Source: Minisyncoccia bacterium (lineage in GTDB: Bacteria > Patescibacteriota > Minisyncoccia > Phycocordibacterales > UBA9973). Taken from it: a stretch of DNA of 64,000 nucleotides. The stretch is from the NCBI GenBank assembly GCA_049303835.1, contig JBAQNN010000002.1, positions 161,978 through 225,977 of the forward strand, given 5' to 3'. The position numbers were made by a program, and so were the translations under genes. Positions 18,937 to 28,848 of this stretch are shown here, in pieces. Within the stretch, counting starts at the first letter, position 1. Every line of letters starts with the position of its first letter. A model generated the notes under the pieces. That model saw only the letters and a list, made by a program, of their open reading frames with translations, had not been told where the DNA came from and made no database searches.

Positions 18937-19725
18937 TTATGCTTCCTCTTCTTCATCAAAAAATAATTCTCTTGTTTCGTCTAGAATTATATGATTATAA
19001 TCTTTTTCGGGTAGTTCTCCTGCAAATTCCACAAACTTTTTTTCAAAAATAGGAAATGCTGTTTCCAAATGTTCTTTCAATGCTTTGAACATGAGATACA
19101 GATAGCGAAGTTCTTTTATGAGCAGGTCGTGTTCTTTTGAAGGGTATGCCTCTATGTCCACCATATAAACGTGTGGAGATTCGTCGCCTTTTTTTGTACC
19201 ATACATGAATTGTCTGACTCTGGCTATATCCATAAGAAATTCACTCTTGTCTTCATATTTATTTTTAAAATATTCAAGCAAAGAGAGTAATTCTTTTTCC
19301 ATTTGAGCCGCTATTTCAGCCTTTTCTTCCTCATTCCAATCTTTTTCTATAATATTTTCTCCATGGATTTTTTCAACGATAGTATAGACGACAATTTTTC
19401 CTTCTTGATCTTTTCCTATTATTCTTAAGAATTTTGGTACCGTGAGTCCATATTTGTTTCGGAGCTCTTCTACCATGCTGTTTGATTTTGCCGCCAAAGC
19501 GACAGCTTCTTTGGAAAAATTAGCAATTTCATTTTCACTGGCTGGTAGATGTTTGGTCGGATGTACGCCGTGTATTTTGTGGAGGAAATACAAGATATTA
19601 TCTTTTCTAAGCAATACGTCATCGTTGTCAGGGATAGATTCAAATGTATTGATTACTCCCGCTATTTTTTCCTCTTGAGGTTTTTTGTGGAAAGGGGAGT
19701 TACTTTTCTCTTGGGAATTAAACAT
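18937..19725 (-). CDS. Hypothetical protein
   Basis: 262-aa ORF with coherent composition; no motif recognised. Confidence 0.45.
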   Translation of the reverse strand: MFNSQEKSNSPFHKKPQEEKIAGVINTFESIPDNDDVLLRKDNILYFLHKIHGVHPTKHLPASENEIANFSKEAVALAAKSNSMVEELRNKYGLTVPKFLRIIGKDQEGKIVVYTIVEKIHGENIIEKDWNEEEKAEIAAQMEKELLSLLEYFKNKYEDKSEFLMDIARVRQFMYGTKKGDESPHVYMVDIEAYPSKEHDLLIKELRYLYLMFKALKEHLETAFPIFEKKFVEFAGELPEKDYNHIILDETRELFFDEEEEA

Positions 19726-19862
19726 AATGATGAATTGTATATTACTTTTCTATTTTTGTAAAACAAAAAGTCTTTAAATCTATACCCTAAAACAACTTTC
19801 TTTTTGACTTTTTGGAAAAAATATTTCGTAAAGATGGACTGTGGATAACTGCTCTTGCAACT

Positions 19863-19897
19863 TGCTTTTTATCACTTTTTGTGGTATATACAGAGAA
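19863..19897 (+). promoter_or_regulatory. Candidate promoter for the GC-rich secreted-protein gene
   Basis: TTGCTT-17-TATATA with a TG extended -10 (tgGTATATA); GGAGG RBS 8 nt before the ATG at 19982. Confidence 0.4.
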
Positions 19898-19981
19898 AGA
19901 GTCAAAGTTCTTCGTCAGAAGAAAAAGACTAACAGCACAACAGGTCTCGTCCTAAAAAGGCGGGGCCGGAAGGAGGACGTC

Positions 19982-20758
19982 ATGCGTCTCATCGTTGTCA
20001 CCCTCGTTTCCTTCGTACTGGCGTTCTCCGCGAACGCTCAGCCTCTCAACATCGACCCCGAGGTGCGTAGCACGTCGGCGATGTCGGAAAGCTCGGCGCG
20101 TCTGCCTCGGATGGCTCGCGCTCCGCAGATGGAGCCCACACTGTGGACTCCGTGGGAAGCCGCGGTCGTCGTCCGGTCCTCTGGACAGGTGGGGACCAAC
20201 GACATCTTCTCGGTGTCGTGTCACATTTTTACCCCCCTGCCGAAATGGGCAATGACCGAATCTTGGATCCGAAAGCCTGATGGGGAGGTTTATCTTCCCT
20301 CAGTACTTAGGGAGGACATCACTGTTCCCGATCTTTCGGGATGGCAGTGGTGGATCTGGAACGAACCTCTCCCGGCAGACTGGCCGGCTGGAGTGACCAC
20401 CTTTGAACTCATCGTTACCATCGGCTGGGGGACTCCGGACGAGAGGAAATACACCGCTGTCGCTAGGGTGGCGACGGGGGGGGTATATCCCGCCGGGGAT
20501 CCTCCTCGATTCGGACCTCTGGAAGATGCCATCGTGGACTCATCTGGAGGAGTGATTCTCCGTGGGGTCTTTAACACCCCTCCGGTCGTGGTTGCTCCCG
20601 ACTGGGTCGTCAGGAAGATTGAACTGGAGGGCGACTACTACGTCCCTCCTGGTTCCATCGGTGCTGGAAACAGACCTCTCGGTGTGTGCTCCGGCGTCAA
20701 TGGTGACCCCAACCACCTGGAGTGCTCCACTCAGATCGTATCAATCCCTGTTTTCTAG
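19982..20758 (+). CDS. Secreted protein of unknown function encoded in a GC-rich island (about 60% GC by eye)
   Basis: Signal peptide MRLIVVTLVSFVLAFSANA-QP; strong GGAGG RBS; abrupt GC shift near 19925; Trp/Pro-rich mature protein. Confidence 0.6.
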   Translation: MRLIVVTLVSFVLAFSANAQPLNIDPEVRSTSAMSESSARLPRMARAPQMEPTLWTPWEAAVVVRSSGQVGTNDIFSVSCHIFTPLPKWAMTESWIRKPDGEVYLPSVLREDITVPDLSGWQWWIWNEPLPADWPAGVTTFELIVTIGWGTPDERKYTAVARVATGGVYPAGDPPRFGPLEDAIVDSSGGVILRGVFNTPPVVVAPDWVVRKIELEGDYYVPPGSIGAGNRPLGVCSGVNGDPNHLECSTQIVSIPVF

Positions 20759-20782
20759 AGTCGCAAGACTCATCTCTCGGGT

Positions 20783-20822
20783 TCCTCGCGCGTTCGCGCG
20801 CGGGGGACCCACTTTGTTTTTA
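20783..20822 (+). terminator. GC-rich hairpin terminator ending the island
   Basis: CGCGCG-ttcg-CGCGCG followed by GGGGGACCCACTTTGTTTTT. Confidence 0.55.
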
Positions 20823-20833
20823 GTAGTAATTAT

Positions 20834-20860
20834 GTGGATAAAACTTATCCACTTTTTTTT
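20834..20860 (+). terminator. Second, AT-type terminator: perfect 8-bp IR plus T8
   Basis: GTGGATAA-aac-TTATCCAC-TTTTTTTT. Confidence 0.5.
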
Positions 20861-20909
20861 ATTTGTAGTATAATTTGTATATTATAAAAGAATTAAGGAG
20901 TAGATAAAT

Positions 20910-23705
20910 ATGAATTATAAATTTTCAAATTTTTTTGTTTTATTTGTTTTAATAATTGGATCTTTTTTATTTGTTAATAATATAGTTTCTGCCCAAACAT
21001 CATGCCAAGGTGTCGCACTTCGTGAAGCTGTGTGGGTTCCTGATCATTCTTATGCATACCAAGCATGCGGAACTGCCATCACTAATTGTTCTAGTGGTCA
21101 ACAATGTGTCCCCAACACGGGTAGAGATGAGAATTCTATAAATACAAAAATAGGACCATCGGGGGAAGAACCGAGTCTGGGGAGTAGCGTCTATTGTGGA
21201 AAGAGAGCTACTTGCGTCACTCCTAGCTTTGATGTAACCACAAGTAAAACAGGTGATCTTGCAAGCACGGCTACAGTCACTCCCAACCTTAAGACAGTTT
21301 CATCTGGTAGCACAGCTTCATTCACTTTGAGTCCTGGTTTCAGTACACAGGTTGTAGGATGTTCATTAGGTTCATTTTCTGGTAATGTTTATACCACTGG
21401 TCCAATTAGTGGAAATTGTAATGTACAGTTCAATTTCCCCGCTCCTCCTCTCTCCTGTGCCGTAGATACTGCCGCTACCCCTGCTCCTCATCTTATAAAT
21501 AATACGGTAAAATTTTTAGCGACCGGTGGAACAGGTACATGGTCTTGGACCAATACTGATGGTGGTACTCCTTCAACTGGAACAGGAAATCAAATCTGGC
21601 CTGCTTGGAGCACTACCGGGACAAAGACAGTGACTGTCACGAGTGGAACACAGACAAAAACTTGTACCGTTAACATAACAAATCCACCCACCCCTCCTCT
21701 CTCTTGTGCTCACGACACAAATCAAGCAGAGCCGATTTATACAGGTGCCGGAGCTAAATTCCGAGCGACCGGTGGAACGGGAACATATTCATGGACATAT
21801 AGCGCTACTCCATCAGCTGGGAATCCAACTTCCGGAATTGAAGTCTGGCCTGCTTGGACCAACTCGGGGACAAAGACTGCGACAGTGACAAGCGGATCAC
21901 TGACAGCGAATTGCACTGTGTATATAACACCACTTCCAGCCACTCCCATTAATGGTGTTTGTGCGACTACACACTATGCCTGTGGTAGTCCTGCGGCCAG
22001 TACAAATAATAGTAGTTTGAATCCCAGTCTTTGGACTTGGACTTGCCCCGGTTCAAATGGCGGAACAAATGCATCTTGTTCAGAATTAAAGCCAGCGATG
22101 AATGGCACCCTCAATGCCACCAACTGTATTATTAACGGAAACGCAAGTAGTTGTACTTCTACAGTGACTTGGAGCACAGTAAGTCCTGTCGGCACATCCA
22201 ATGTCACTTCCAATACTCCGAGCGCTAACACTGTAATCGGCACCGGAATTTCCGGTTCTACTACGGCGATTATCTCTTACAACTCTAGAAATTTTTATCT
22301 AAACAATAATGGAGTTCAACTCGCGTCTGATATAGCCACCGCTACTTGTGCCACTGGCACCAGTTGGAATGGAAGTATCTGCGCGGTCGTAGCAGTTGTA
22401 GGCCCAGACCTGACCGCTTCCGCTCCAGTTCCTGGATTGGCGACAGTGAATGTGCCTCGTACTTTCTCTGCAAATATTTCAAACATCGGAAGTTCATCTA
22501 CGGCAGTTTCCTTCCAAAATCAATTTCAGGTAGCAAGCCTGGCAAACGGTGGAGGTACTATTACCAATCTTACTCCTACCGTCCCCACGACTGCTCTCGG
22601 AGGTGGGGTAGCAAGGGATATCACTTCTCCTCCTCACACTTTTACGGCTATTGGAACCCAATCTATCAGAGTTTGTGCTGATATACCTCCGCAACCAAAT
22701 GGTGTGGTGGTTGAAGCAAACGAAAGCAACAACTGTAGTCCTTGGACAAATGTAACCGTCGATACCACTGTTTGTACAATAACCGGGTATCACGATGCTG
22801 CCAGTGGAACTGTCCCCGCCTCTCAATGTCAAGCCAATGGCTGGGCCGCTTGTTCTAATGATAAGGCGCTTGACTTAAATATCCGAGTTTTGAGTGATGG
22901 GGTACAGGTAACGACAGGAACAGCCGGGACCTACCGAGGTGATCTTGAAGCTGCGGGTGTCTGTACTGGGGGCACTTGTTCATACTGGACAAATTTATCA
23001 GGTCTCATCACTCCAGGAGTAAACCACACGATAACCGCTCAGGCCCAAAATCCAGGAAATGGAGTATGGACTACTTTGACATCAAGTCCCAGAATTATAA
23101 ATTGTGGGGCGCCTACGACGGGCACTCTCACTGCTTCTGATTGTACTATTGCTCAAAACGCAAGTAGTTGTAGTTCTACTGTAGGTTGGAGTACTACAAA
23201 TCCTGTCGGTACATCAAATGTTACTTCCAATACTCCTACCCCTAATTTTCTAATTGCGAACGGCAATTCAGGAGCGCTTTCAGTTACTGTTCCATATAAT
23301 TCTAGAACTTTTTTCCTTAATAATAATTCTGTGACAATAGCCACAGACACAGCGAACGCCACTTGTGTCTCGGGTACGGTTTGGGATGGTAGTAAGTGTT
23401 ATGCAGCTCCTCCTTCAGTCTGTGGAAATGGTGTGAGAGAGGGAGCTGAATCATGTGACCTGGGTGGTGGCAATGGTGCTTGTCCTTCTTTGTGTAGTAC
23501 CTCCTGCACCATCAATTCGTGTGCGGTACCGACCAATGGTTCTTGTGGAACTCCGGCAGCACATTACAACTGTGCATCTCCTCAACCAAGCATCAATCAA
23601 GTGAATGGTATAAGTTCTTGGACTTGGACATGTCCTGGAGCAGATGGAGGAGCGAGTGTCTCATGTGAGGAGCTCAAAAAGAAACCGATAATCATAGAAG
23701 ACTAA
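20910..23705 (+). CDS. Large secreted Cys/Thr/Ser-rich repeat protein; probable adhesin
   Basis: Signal peptide. Two tandem repeats of about 85 aa (PPLSCAxDT...ATGGTGTxSWT...TKTxTVTSG...CTVxIT). Two repeats of about 100 aa (C...NASSC.STV.WST..PVGTSNVTSNTP...YNSR.F.LNNN). Three CxSPxxSxNxxxxxxxWTWTCPGxxGGxxxSCxELK modules. One CGNGVREGAESCDLGGGNGAC motif resembling the Myxococcus cysteine-rich repeat. Confidence 0.75.
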   Translation: MNYKFSNFFVLFVLIIGSFLFVNNIVSAQTSCQGVALREAVWVPDHSYAYQACGTAITNCSSGQQCVPNTGRDENSINTKIGPSGEEPSLGSSVYCGKRATCVTPSFDVTTSKTGDLASTATVTPNLKTVSSGSTASFTLSPGFSTQVVGCSLGSFSGNVYTTGPISGNCNVQFNFPAPPLSCAVDTAATPAPHLINNTVKFLATGGTGTWSWTNTDGGTPSTGTGNQIWPAWSTTGTKTVTVTSGTQTKTCTVNITNPPTPPLSCAHDTNQAEPIYTGAGAKFRATGGTGTYSWTYSATPSAGNPTSGIEVWPAWTNSGTKTATVTSGSLTANCTVYITPLPATPINGVCATTHYACGSPAASTNNSSLNPSLWTWTCPGSNGGTNASCSELKPAMNGTLNATNCIINGNASSCTSTVTWSTVSPVGTSNVTSNTPSANTVIGTGISGSTTAIISYNSRNFYLNNNGVQLASDIATATCATGTSWNGSICAVVAVVGPDLTASAPVPGLATVNVPRTFSANISNIGSSSTAVSFQNQFQVASLANGGGTITNLTPTVPTTALGGGVARDITSPPHTFTAIGTQSIRVCADIPPQPNGVVVEANESNNCSPWTNVTVDTTVCTITGYHDAASGTVPASQCQANGWAACSNDKALDLNIRVLSDGVQVTTGTAGTYRGDLEAAGVCTGGTCSYWTNLSGLITPGVNHTITAQAQNPGNGVWTTLTSSPRIINCGAPTTGTLTASDCTIAQNASSCSSTVGWSTTNPVGTSNVTSNTPTPNFLIANGNSGALSVTVPYNSRTFFLNNNSVTIATDTANATCVSGTVWDGSKCYAAPPSVCGNGVREGAESCDLGGGNGACPSLCSTSCTINSCAVPTNGSCGTPAAHYNCASPQPSINQVNGISSWTWTCPGADGGASVSCEELKKKPIIIED
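21451..21950 (+). repeat. Intragenic tandem duplication of about 250 bp encoding the Ig-like Thr-rich module
   Basis: Protein-level repeat PPLSCAVDTAATP... / PPLSCAHDTNQAEP... is mirrored at the DNA level. Confidence 0.5.
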
Positions 23706-23770
23706 ATAACAACAAACAAAAAAATCCCTCAGTATTTTTATTGGGGGATTTTTTTGTTATAATATATGTA

Positions 23771-25531
23771 ATGCAAATCAATGAAGAACAGTTGAAGAAA
23801 TTTATTTTGGATTCAGGTTTGGTGAAAAGTTCTCAGTTGGAAGAAGCGGAGGAAAAAGCAAAAAAAACGAAACAAAAAATCGGAGATATTTTGCTTTCTG
23901 ATGGGAAAATTTCTGAAACGGATTTGAAACGGATGGAGGCTTTTGTGCTGGGGATACCATTTATCAGTCTGGCCAATCAAAAGATAGAATTCTCTGTTCT
24001 TTCTCTCATTCCCGAACCTATCGCACGCAACTACAACATAGTCGCTTACAAAAAAAATGAAAGCACCTTGGAGGTGGCGATGCTAGATGTGGATGATTTA
24101 CCAGTAATTGATTTTATCAAGAAGCGTTCAGGGTTAAAAATATTACCGAGACTCACCGATACGGTTTCCATCAGGTATGTGCTCGTACAATATAGGCAGA
24201 GTCTAGAAACGGAATTTCAAGATATTATCCAAAAAGAATCTTTGTCTCTCAATGTTTCTGCTTCGGAAGACGGGAAAAAATCAGGAGAAAAATCGGAGTC
24301 CGAATTAAAAGATTTGGCAGAAGATTTACCGGTGGTAAAAATTGTAGATTCTCTCATTTTCCATGCTATCTTGCAAAATGCATCCGACATTCATATTGAG
24401 CCCGGGGAACACGAGCTCACCGTACGCTATAGAATAGACGGTATCCTCCATGATGCGATGGTGTTGGACAAAAATGCGGGGATGGGGATAACGGCACGTA
24501 TCAAAGTGCTCTCCAATCTAAAGCTTGATGAAAAAAGATTGCCCCAAGATGGAAGATTTAAGATAGAACAAAACGGAGAAAAAATTTCTTTCCGTGTTTC
24601 TACTTTGCCGATTTTCTTTGGAGAAAAAACTGTCATCAGAATTCTTAAAGAAAATGCACACGGATTTTCTTTGGAGACACTCGGTTTTCATGGCGAAGGG
24701 CTGGAGAGAATTCATAATTCCATGAAACAAAAAACGGGCATGGTACTAGCCACTGGCCCGACAGGCTCCGGTAAGACCACCACCCTCTACACGATGCTTG
24801 ATATTTTAAATAGGCCTGAAGTCAATATCTCTACCGTAGAAGACCCTATTGAGTACCAGATGCCGAGAGTGAACCAAACCCAAGTCAAACCAGAAATAGG
24901 ACTGACCTTTGCCAACGGACTTCGTTCTCTTTTGCGCCAAGACCCTGATATCGTGATGGTAGGGGAGATTCGTGACGGAGAGACGGCAGGGTTGGCCATC
25001 AATGCCTCCCTCACTGGGCACTTGGTGCTCTCCACTATTCACACGAATTCCGCCTCTGGGGCAATTCCGAGACTGATAGACATGGGAGTAGAGCCGTTTC
25101 TGATAACAGCGACAGTCAAAACTATCATCGCGCAGAGATTGGTCCGCAGACTCACCGAGGAAAAAGAAAAATATTTTTTATCACCTACGGATATAAAAAA
25201 TTTGGAAAAGATTGTTGACCTGGACAGGGTATTGGATTTCTTGAAAAAAGAAAATATAGTAGGTGAAAAAGATACTATGGATAAAATTCCTTTTTACAAA
25301 CCAACGAAAAGTACTGAATTCAAAGATGGGTACTCTGGCCGTATCGGTATGCATGAAGTATTGAAAGTGACTCCGACGATAAGAGAAATGATCATCAAAG
25401 GCGCTTCTCAGGATGAGATAGAAATTCAAGCAAAAAAAGAAGGGATGATGACGATGATTGAAGACGGAGTATATCAAGCGGTGCTCGGAGTCACGACCTT
25501 AGAAGAAGTGTTCCGGGTGGTTTCCGAATAA
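23771..25531 (+). CDS. pilB: Type IV pilus assembly ATPase PilB (GspE family)
   Basis: GSPII_E N-domain, Walker A GPTGSGKTTTLYTML, Asp/His boxes. ATG at 23771 preferred over the upstream TTG at 23741; a TATAAT at 23757-23762 suggests a leaderless start. Confidence 0.85.
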   Translation: MQINEEQLKKFILDSGLVKSSQLEEAEEKAKKTKQKIGDILLSDGKISETDLKRMEAFVLGIPFISLANQKIEFSVLSLIPEPIARNYNIVAYKKNESTLEVAMLDVDDLPVIDFIKKRSGLKILPRLTDTVSIRYVLVQYRQSLETEFQDIIQKESLSLNVSASEDGKKSGEKSESELKDLAEDLPVVKIVDSLIFHAILQNASDIHIEPGEHELTVRYRIDGILHDAMVLDKNAGMGITARIKVLSNLKLDEKRLPQDGRFKIEQNGEKISFRVSTLPIFFGEKTVIRILKENAHGFSLETLGFHGEGLERIHNSMKQKTGMVLATGPTGSGKTTTLYTMLDILNRPEVNISTVEDPIEYQMPRVNQTQVKPEIGLTFANGLRSLLRQDPDIVMVGEIRDGETAGLAINASLTGHLVLSTIHTNSASGAIPRLIDMGVEPFLITATVKTIIAQRLVRRLTEEKEKYFLSPTDIKNLEKIVDLDRVLDFLKKENIVGEKDTMDKIPFYKPTKSTEFKDGYSGRIGMHEVLKVTPTIREMIIKGASQDEIEIQAKKEGMMTMIEDGVYQAVLGVTTLEEVFRVVSE

Positions 25532-25555
25532 GTTTTCAGGGTTGCAAAAATTAAA

Positions 25556-26773
25556 ATGCTTTTTTCATACAGCGCAAAATCAAAAGAGGGAGGAGTGGTA
25601 GAAGGCACGATGGAGGCCGTGGACCGTTTTGTTCTGTCCAGGGATTTGAGATCTAAAGGACTGCTTCCTTTGTCTATCTCGGAACAGGGAGCCACTTTGT
25701 CGGGCAGGATCAATCAGTTGTTGGATCAATTTTCAAAAGTAAGTGTTGCTGAGCAGATTATTTTTACAAAAAATTTAAGTGGAATGATAAAAGCAGGTTT
25801 GTCGCTATATCGTGCTTTGTTGGTTTTACAAAAACAGACCAAAAATCCCACCTTGAATAAAATTCTGACATCTATCTCTGCCGATATAAATGCGGGGGGA
25901 ACCCTCTCTTCTGGTCTCGCAAAATTTCCAAAAGTTTTTTCAAAACTTTTTATTTCCATGACTCGGGCCGGTGAAGAATCTGGAAATTTGGCCGGATCTC
26001 TTTCGGATATAGGATTAAATTTAGAGAAGTCTCATTCTTTGACGAAGAAAATACACGGGGCTCTCATCTACCCGGGAGTCATTATGTCGGCTATGGTCGT
26101 CATCGGAGTTTTGATGTTTGCTTTTGTGGTGCCCACTTTGGCTAGTACCTTTAAGGAGCTCGGTGTGGTTTTGCCCGCTTCCACCCGAGTGCTTATCTTT
26201 TTTGGTAATTATTTTTCCAATAATCTGGTTTTAACTTTTGTAATTTTGATTTGTGTTAGTTTCGGACTAGTCTCTCTCTTTAAAGCTCAATTTATGGCGA
26301 AATATATTGATTTTGCTGTCGTTCGGTTTCCCTTGATAAAAAACTTGGTGAAAGAATTGAATACTGCCCGTACCGCTCGTAGTATGTCTTCACTTCTGTC
26401 CTCCGGAGTCTCTATCACGCGAGCGGTTGAAATTACCGAAGATGTCGTCCAAAACATTTATTACAAAAAAGTATTGAATGAAGCGAAAATTTTGGTGGAG
26501 AAAGGTTCTCCCTTTTCTCAAGCTTTCGCGGCCAATGTAAATCTTTATCCGATAATGATGTCTGAGATGATTCAGGTCGGAGAAGAGACTGGAAAATTAT
26601 CGGATATGTTGATTCAAATAGCCTTGTTTTACGAAGAAGAGGTTGAGAATAAAACAAAAAATCTTTCTACCATCATTGAACCACTCCTCATGGTAGTCAT
26701 CGGAGCAGGGGTAGGATTTTTTGCGATCTCAATGATTTCTCCTCTATACTCAATTTTGGGTAGTATTGAGTAA
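25556..26773 (+). CDS. pilC: Type IV pilus inner-membrane platform protein PilC (GspF family)
   Basis: Two GspF repeats; 405 aa; immediately downstream of pilB. Confidence 0.85.
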   Translation: MLFSYSAKSKEGGVVEGTMEAVDRFVLSRDLRSKGLLPLSISEQGATLSGRINQLLDQFSKVSVAEQIIFTKNLSGMIKAGLSLYRALLVLQKQTKNPTLNKILTSISADINAGGTLSSGLAKFPKVFSKLFISMTRAGEESGNLAGSLSDIGLNLEKSHSLTKKIHGALIYPGVIMSAMVVIGVLMFAFVVPTLASTFKELGVVLPASTRVLIFFGNYFSNNLVLTFVILICVSFGLVSLFKAQFMAKYIDFAVVRFPLIKNLVKELNTARTARSMSSLLSSGVSITRAVEITEDVVQNIYYKKVLNEAKILVEKGSPFSQAFAANVNLYPIMMSEMIQVGEETGKLSDMLIQIALFYEEEVENKTKNLSTIIEPLLMVVIGAGVGFFAISMISPLYSILGSIE

Positions 26774-26780
26774 TAAAAAT

Positions 26781-28235
26781 TTAATTTTTTATCTCTTGCC
26801 ACGAGAGGATGACATACTGATCAGAGGTGAGAGGAAAGTTTGGGGGAGGGGCATAGAGCAAGTTTGCATCATATGTTATGTTTCTGATGGCGTATCCGGT
26901 ACTGTCTGTAAAGGCAAATCCATATCGTGCGTAGGAAGCGATCATCCCATAAAGAGAAATAATGTCACGATTTTTATAAGAACAACTCCAACCCCCATAA
27001 TAAAATCTTCCCACTTTATTATTCTGGGCGATGAGTGCTCCATCTATTTTTAAATCATCTTCACTTATCATCCCTACCAACACTCCGGCTTGTCCGATGA
27101 GCCCCAGAGAGTCCGAACCGTCGTATGAAGTATAAACAAGATCATTGTTTATTATAATATTTTTATATTTGGTGGTGTCAGATGGCACAGGTAGATCAGC
27201 TGCCGTGATAGTAAGTCGTGCCCCGTCTATTTGTCCGTTGATCACAACATGATCTTCTATAAAAATTATTCCATTTGATGGAAAACTATAATTTCCTTGC
27301 AGAGTTTGAGAGCCGACACTCCAACTTGAATTGTTTGGAGATTGAGTAGAGCAGTTATTTCCACTTATGCTAGCCCAAGAGTTGATTTTGTATAAATCAA
27401 AAGTGTCATTTGTTTTTAGGATAATATGGTATCCTACAAAACCAGTGCCAGCTGCATCTCTATAAAATCCATTCGTTTGCGCATTTGATTTTAAGATAGC
27501 CAAATCAGTGGTAAACCCAGAGAAATTTATTGTTGGTTGACTGATTAATCTTCCAGCTTCAAAAACATCTGAACGTAAAGGAAGCGGAGTAGGGTATGTG
27601 GGGTCTCTTGGAGAGATACAAGTATGTACCCCGTATGAATTGCTTCCAGTGCAGGCATCACTATCCGCATCGGTGTATGTTGTGGCTCCGCTTGATATGA
27701 CGTTGTGAGCCAATCCATCAAAACGGATTCCACCATTTACATGTACTGGCCCAAAAATTTCTGTTCCTTCTCCAAAACGCATTGCGCTATGTCCTGCTAC
27801 AGAATATTTGGCGATTGAAGGTTTTGCTACTTCTGTTTCTATTTTTCTTAGATATGTTGGGTCTGCAGAAGAAGAACCGGTGGATGTTATTTTCACCTTA
27901 GTAGAACCAATGGGTGGGGGAGTTATATCAAGAGAAAATTCTCCTATCACGTCACCATTCCTATCCTTCATGGGATGTATATATGGACCGGAAACTCCCG
28001 TTCCGTCTTGGTAATCTGTTGGTGAGTGAGCCAGATGCCATCTATAATAATCAATACCAGCTTCTGCGGACTGGAAGGACTGCTCACGGTTAAATGCTAT
28101 TCTCCCAGCTTTTACCGTAGTGGCTGTCCATCCAGAAAGTGCACCTATCAATATGACTACGACCACCGCAAACACCATTGTCTGTACGATAATTATGCCA
28201 TCTTGCGGATTTATTTTTGTTTTCTTGTATCTCAT
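26781..28235 (-). CDS. Large membrane-anchored pilus-associated protein; last gene of the minor-pilin operon
   Basis: N-terminal hydrophobic anchor; 484 aa; 4-bp overlap with the upstream pseudopilin gene. Confidence 0.45.
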   Translation of the reverse strand: MRYKKTKINPQDGIIIVQTMVFAVVVVILIGALSGWTATTVKAGRIAFNREQSFQSAEAGIDYYRWHLAHSPTDYQDGTGVSGPYIHPMKDRNGDVIGEFSLDITPPPIGSTKVKITSTGSSSADPTYLRKIETEVAKPSIAKYSVAGHSAMRFGEGTEIFGPVHVNGGIRFDGLAHNVISSGATTYTDADSDACTGSNSYGVHTCISPRDPTYPTPLPLRSDVFEAGRLISQPTINFSGFTTDLAILKSNAQTNGFYRDAAGTGFVGYHIILKTNDTFDLYKINSWASISGNNCSTQSPNNSSWSVGSQTLQGNYSFPSNGIIFIEDHVVINGQIDGARLTITAADLPVPSDTTKYKNIIINNDLVYTSYDGSDSLGLIGQAGVLVGMISEDDLKIDGALIAQNNKVGRFYYGGWSCSYKNRDIISLYGMIASYARYGFAFTDSTGYAIRNITYDANLLYAPPPNFPLTSDQYVILSWQEIKN

Positions 28236-28846
28236 AGATTATCTTTTAGGTTCCTCAAAGAAACTTGAGTAGAAAATATTGTCTCTGTCGGTGGACGATT
28301 CGGGTCTTGATCTATGGTAATTGTTATTTTGACTAAGCGGACACTGGGGATGTTTACCGGAAAAGGTAAAGGTGCAGTAGTTCCATCATAATCTTCATCA
28401 AAATATTCAAAGATTGAAGTGTTTCGTACATTTTCTGCCAGAGTTGAAATTTTTTCATTAAGAGAATTATAAGAAAGTGGGCTGCCTGTCGGTTTGGTTA
28501 TTCCTTTTTGTAGAGTAGTTCCGGACAAGAAATATCTGACTTTTTCTTTTAAAATATCAGAGTCTATGTTTGAATAAAAAGTAAAAGAAGACGCTCCTGC
28601 TTGGCCGATGACATAAGTGCCAGTGTCGGAAGTGGAGGCAGTCCGTATTTCAGATATCATCGTTTTTAAAATTTTTCTCCCCTCATTGGTATCTACCAAA
28701 CCAGCTGATATGAAAGAATTGTAAGTCCAAACATTTCTTGAAAATAAAGTGAGTGCTCCCACTATCAATATAAAAATTGCTATTCCAAAAAGTGTTTCTA
28801 TTAAAGCAAAACCGGGAGTGTTTTTGTTTTTGTAGTTTTTCTTCAT
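28232..28846 (-). CDS. Prepilin-type (class III signal) pseudopilin or minor pilin
   Basis: MKKNYKNKNTPG-FALIETLFGIAIFILIV cleavage/methylation motif. Confidence 0.65.
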   Translation of the reverse strand: MKKNYKNKNTPGFALIETLFGIAIFILIVGALTLFSRNVWTYNSFISAGLVDTNEGRKILKTMISEIRTASTSDTGTYVIGQAGASSFTFYSNIDSDILKEKVRYFLSGTTLQKGITKPTGSPLSYNSLNEKISTLAENVRNTSIFEYFDEDYDGTTAPLPFPVNIPSVRLVKITITIDQDPNRPPTETIFSTQVSLRNLKDNL

Positions 28847-28848
28847 AT

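Noticed and set aside
19841-19981. Upstream extension of the GC-rich secreted-protein ORF
   Set aside because: The AT-rich extension holds promoter-like elements and a strong GGAGG RBS positioned for the ATG at 19982, which begins a clean signal peptide
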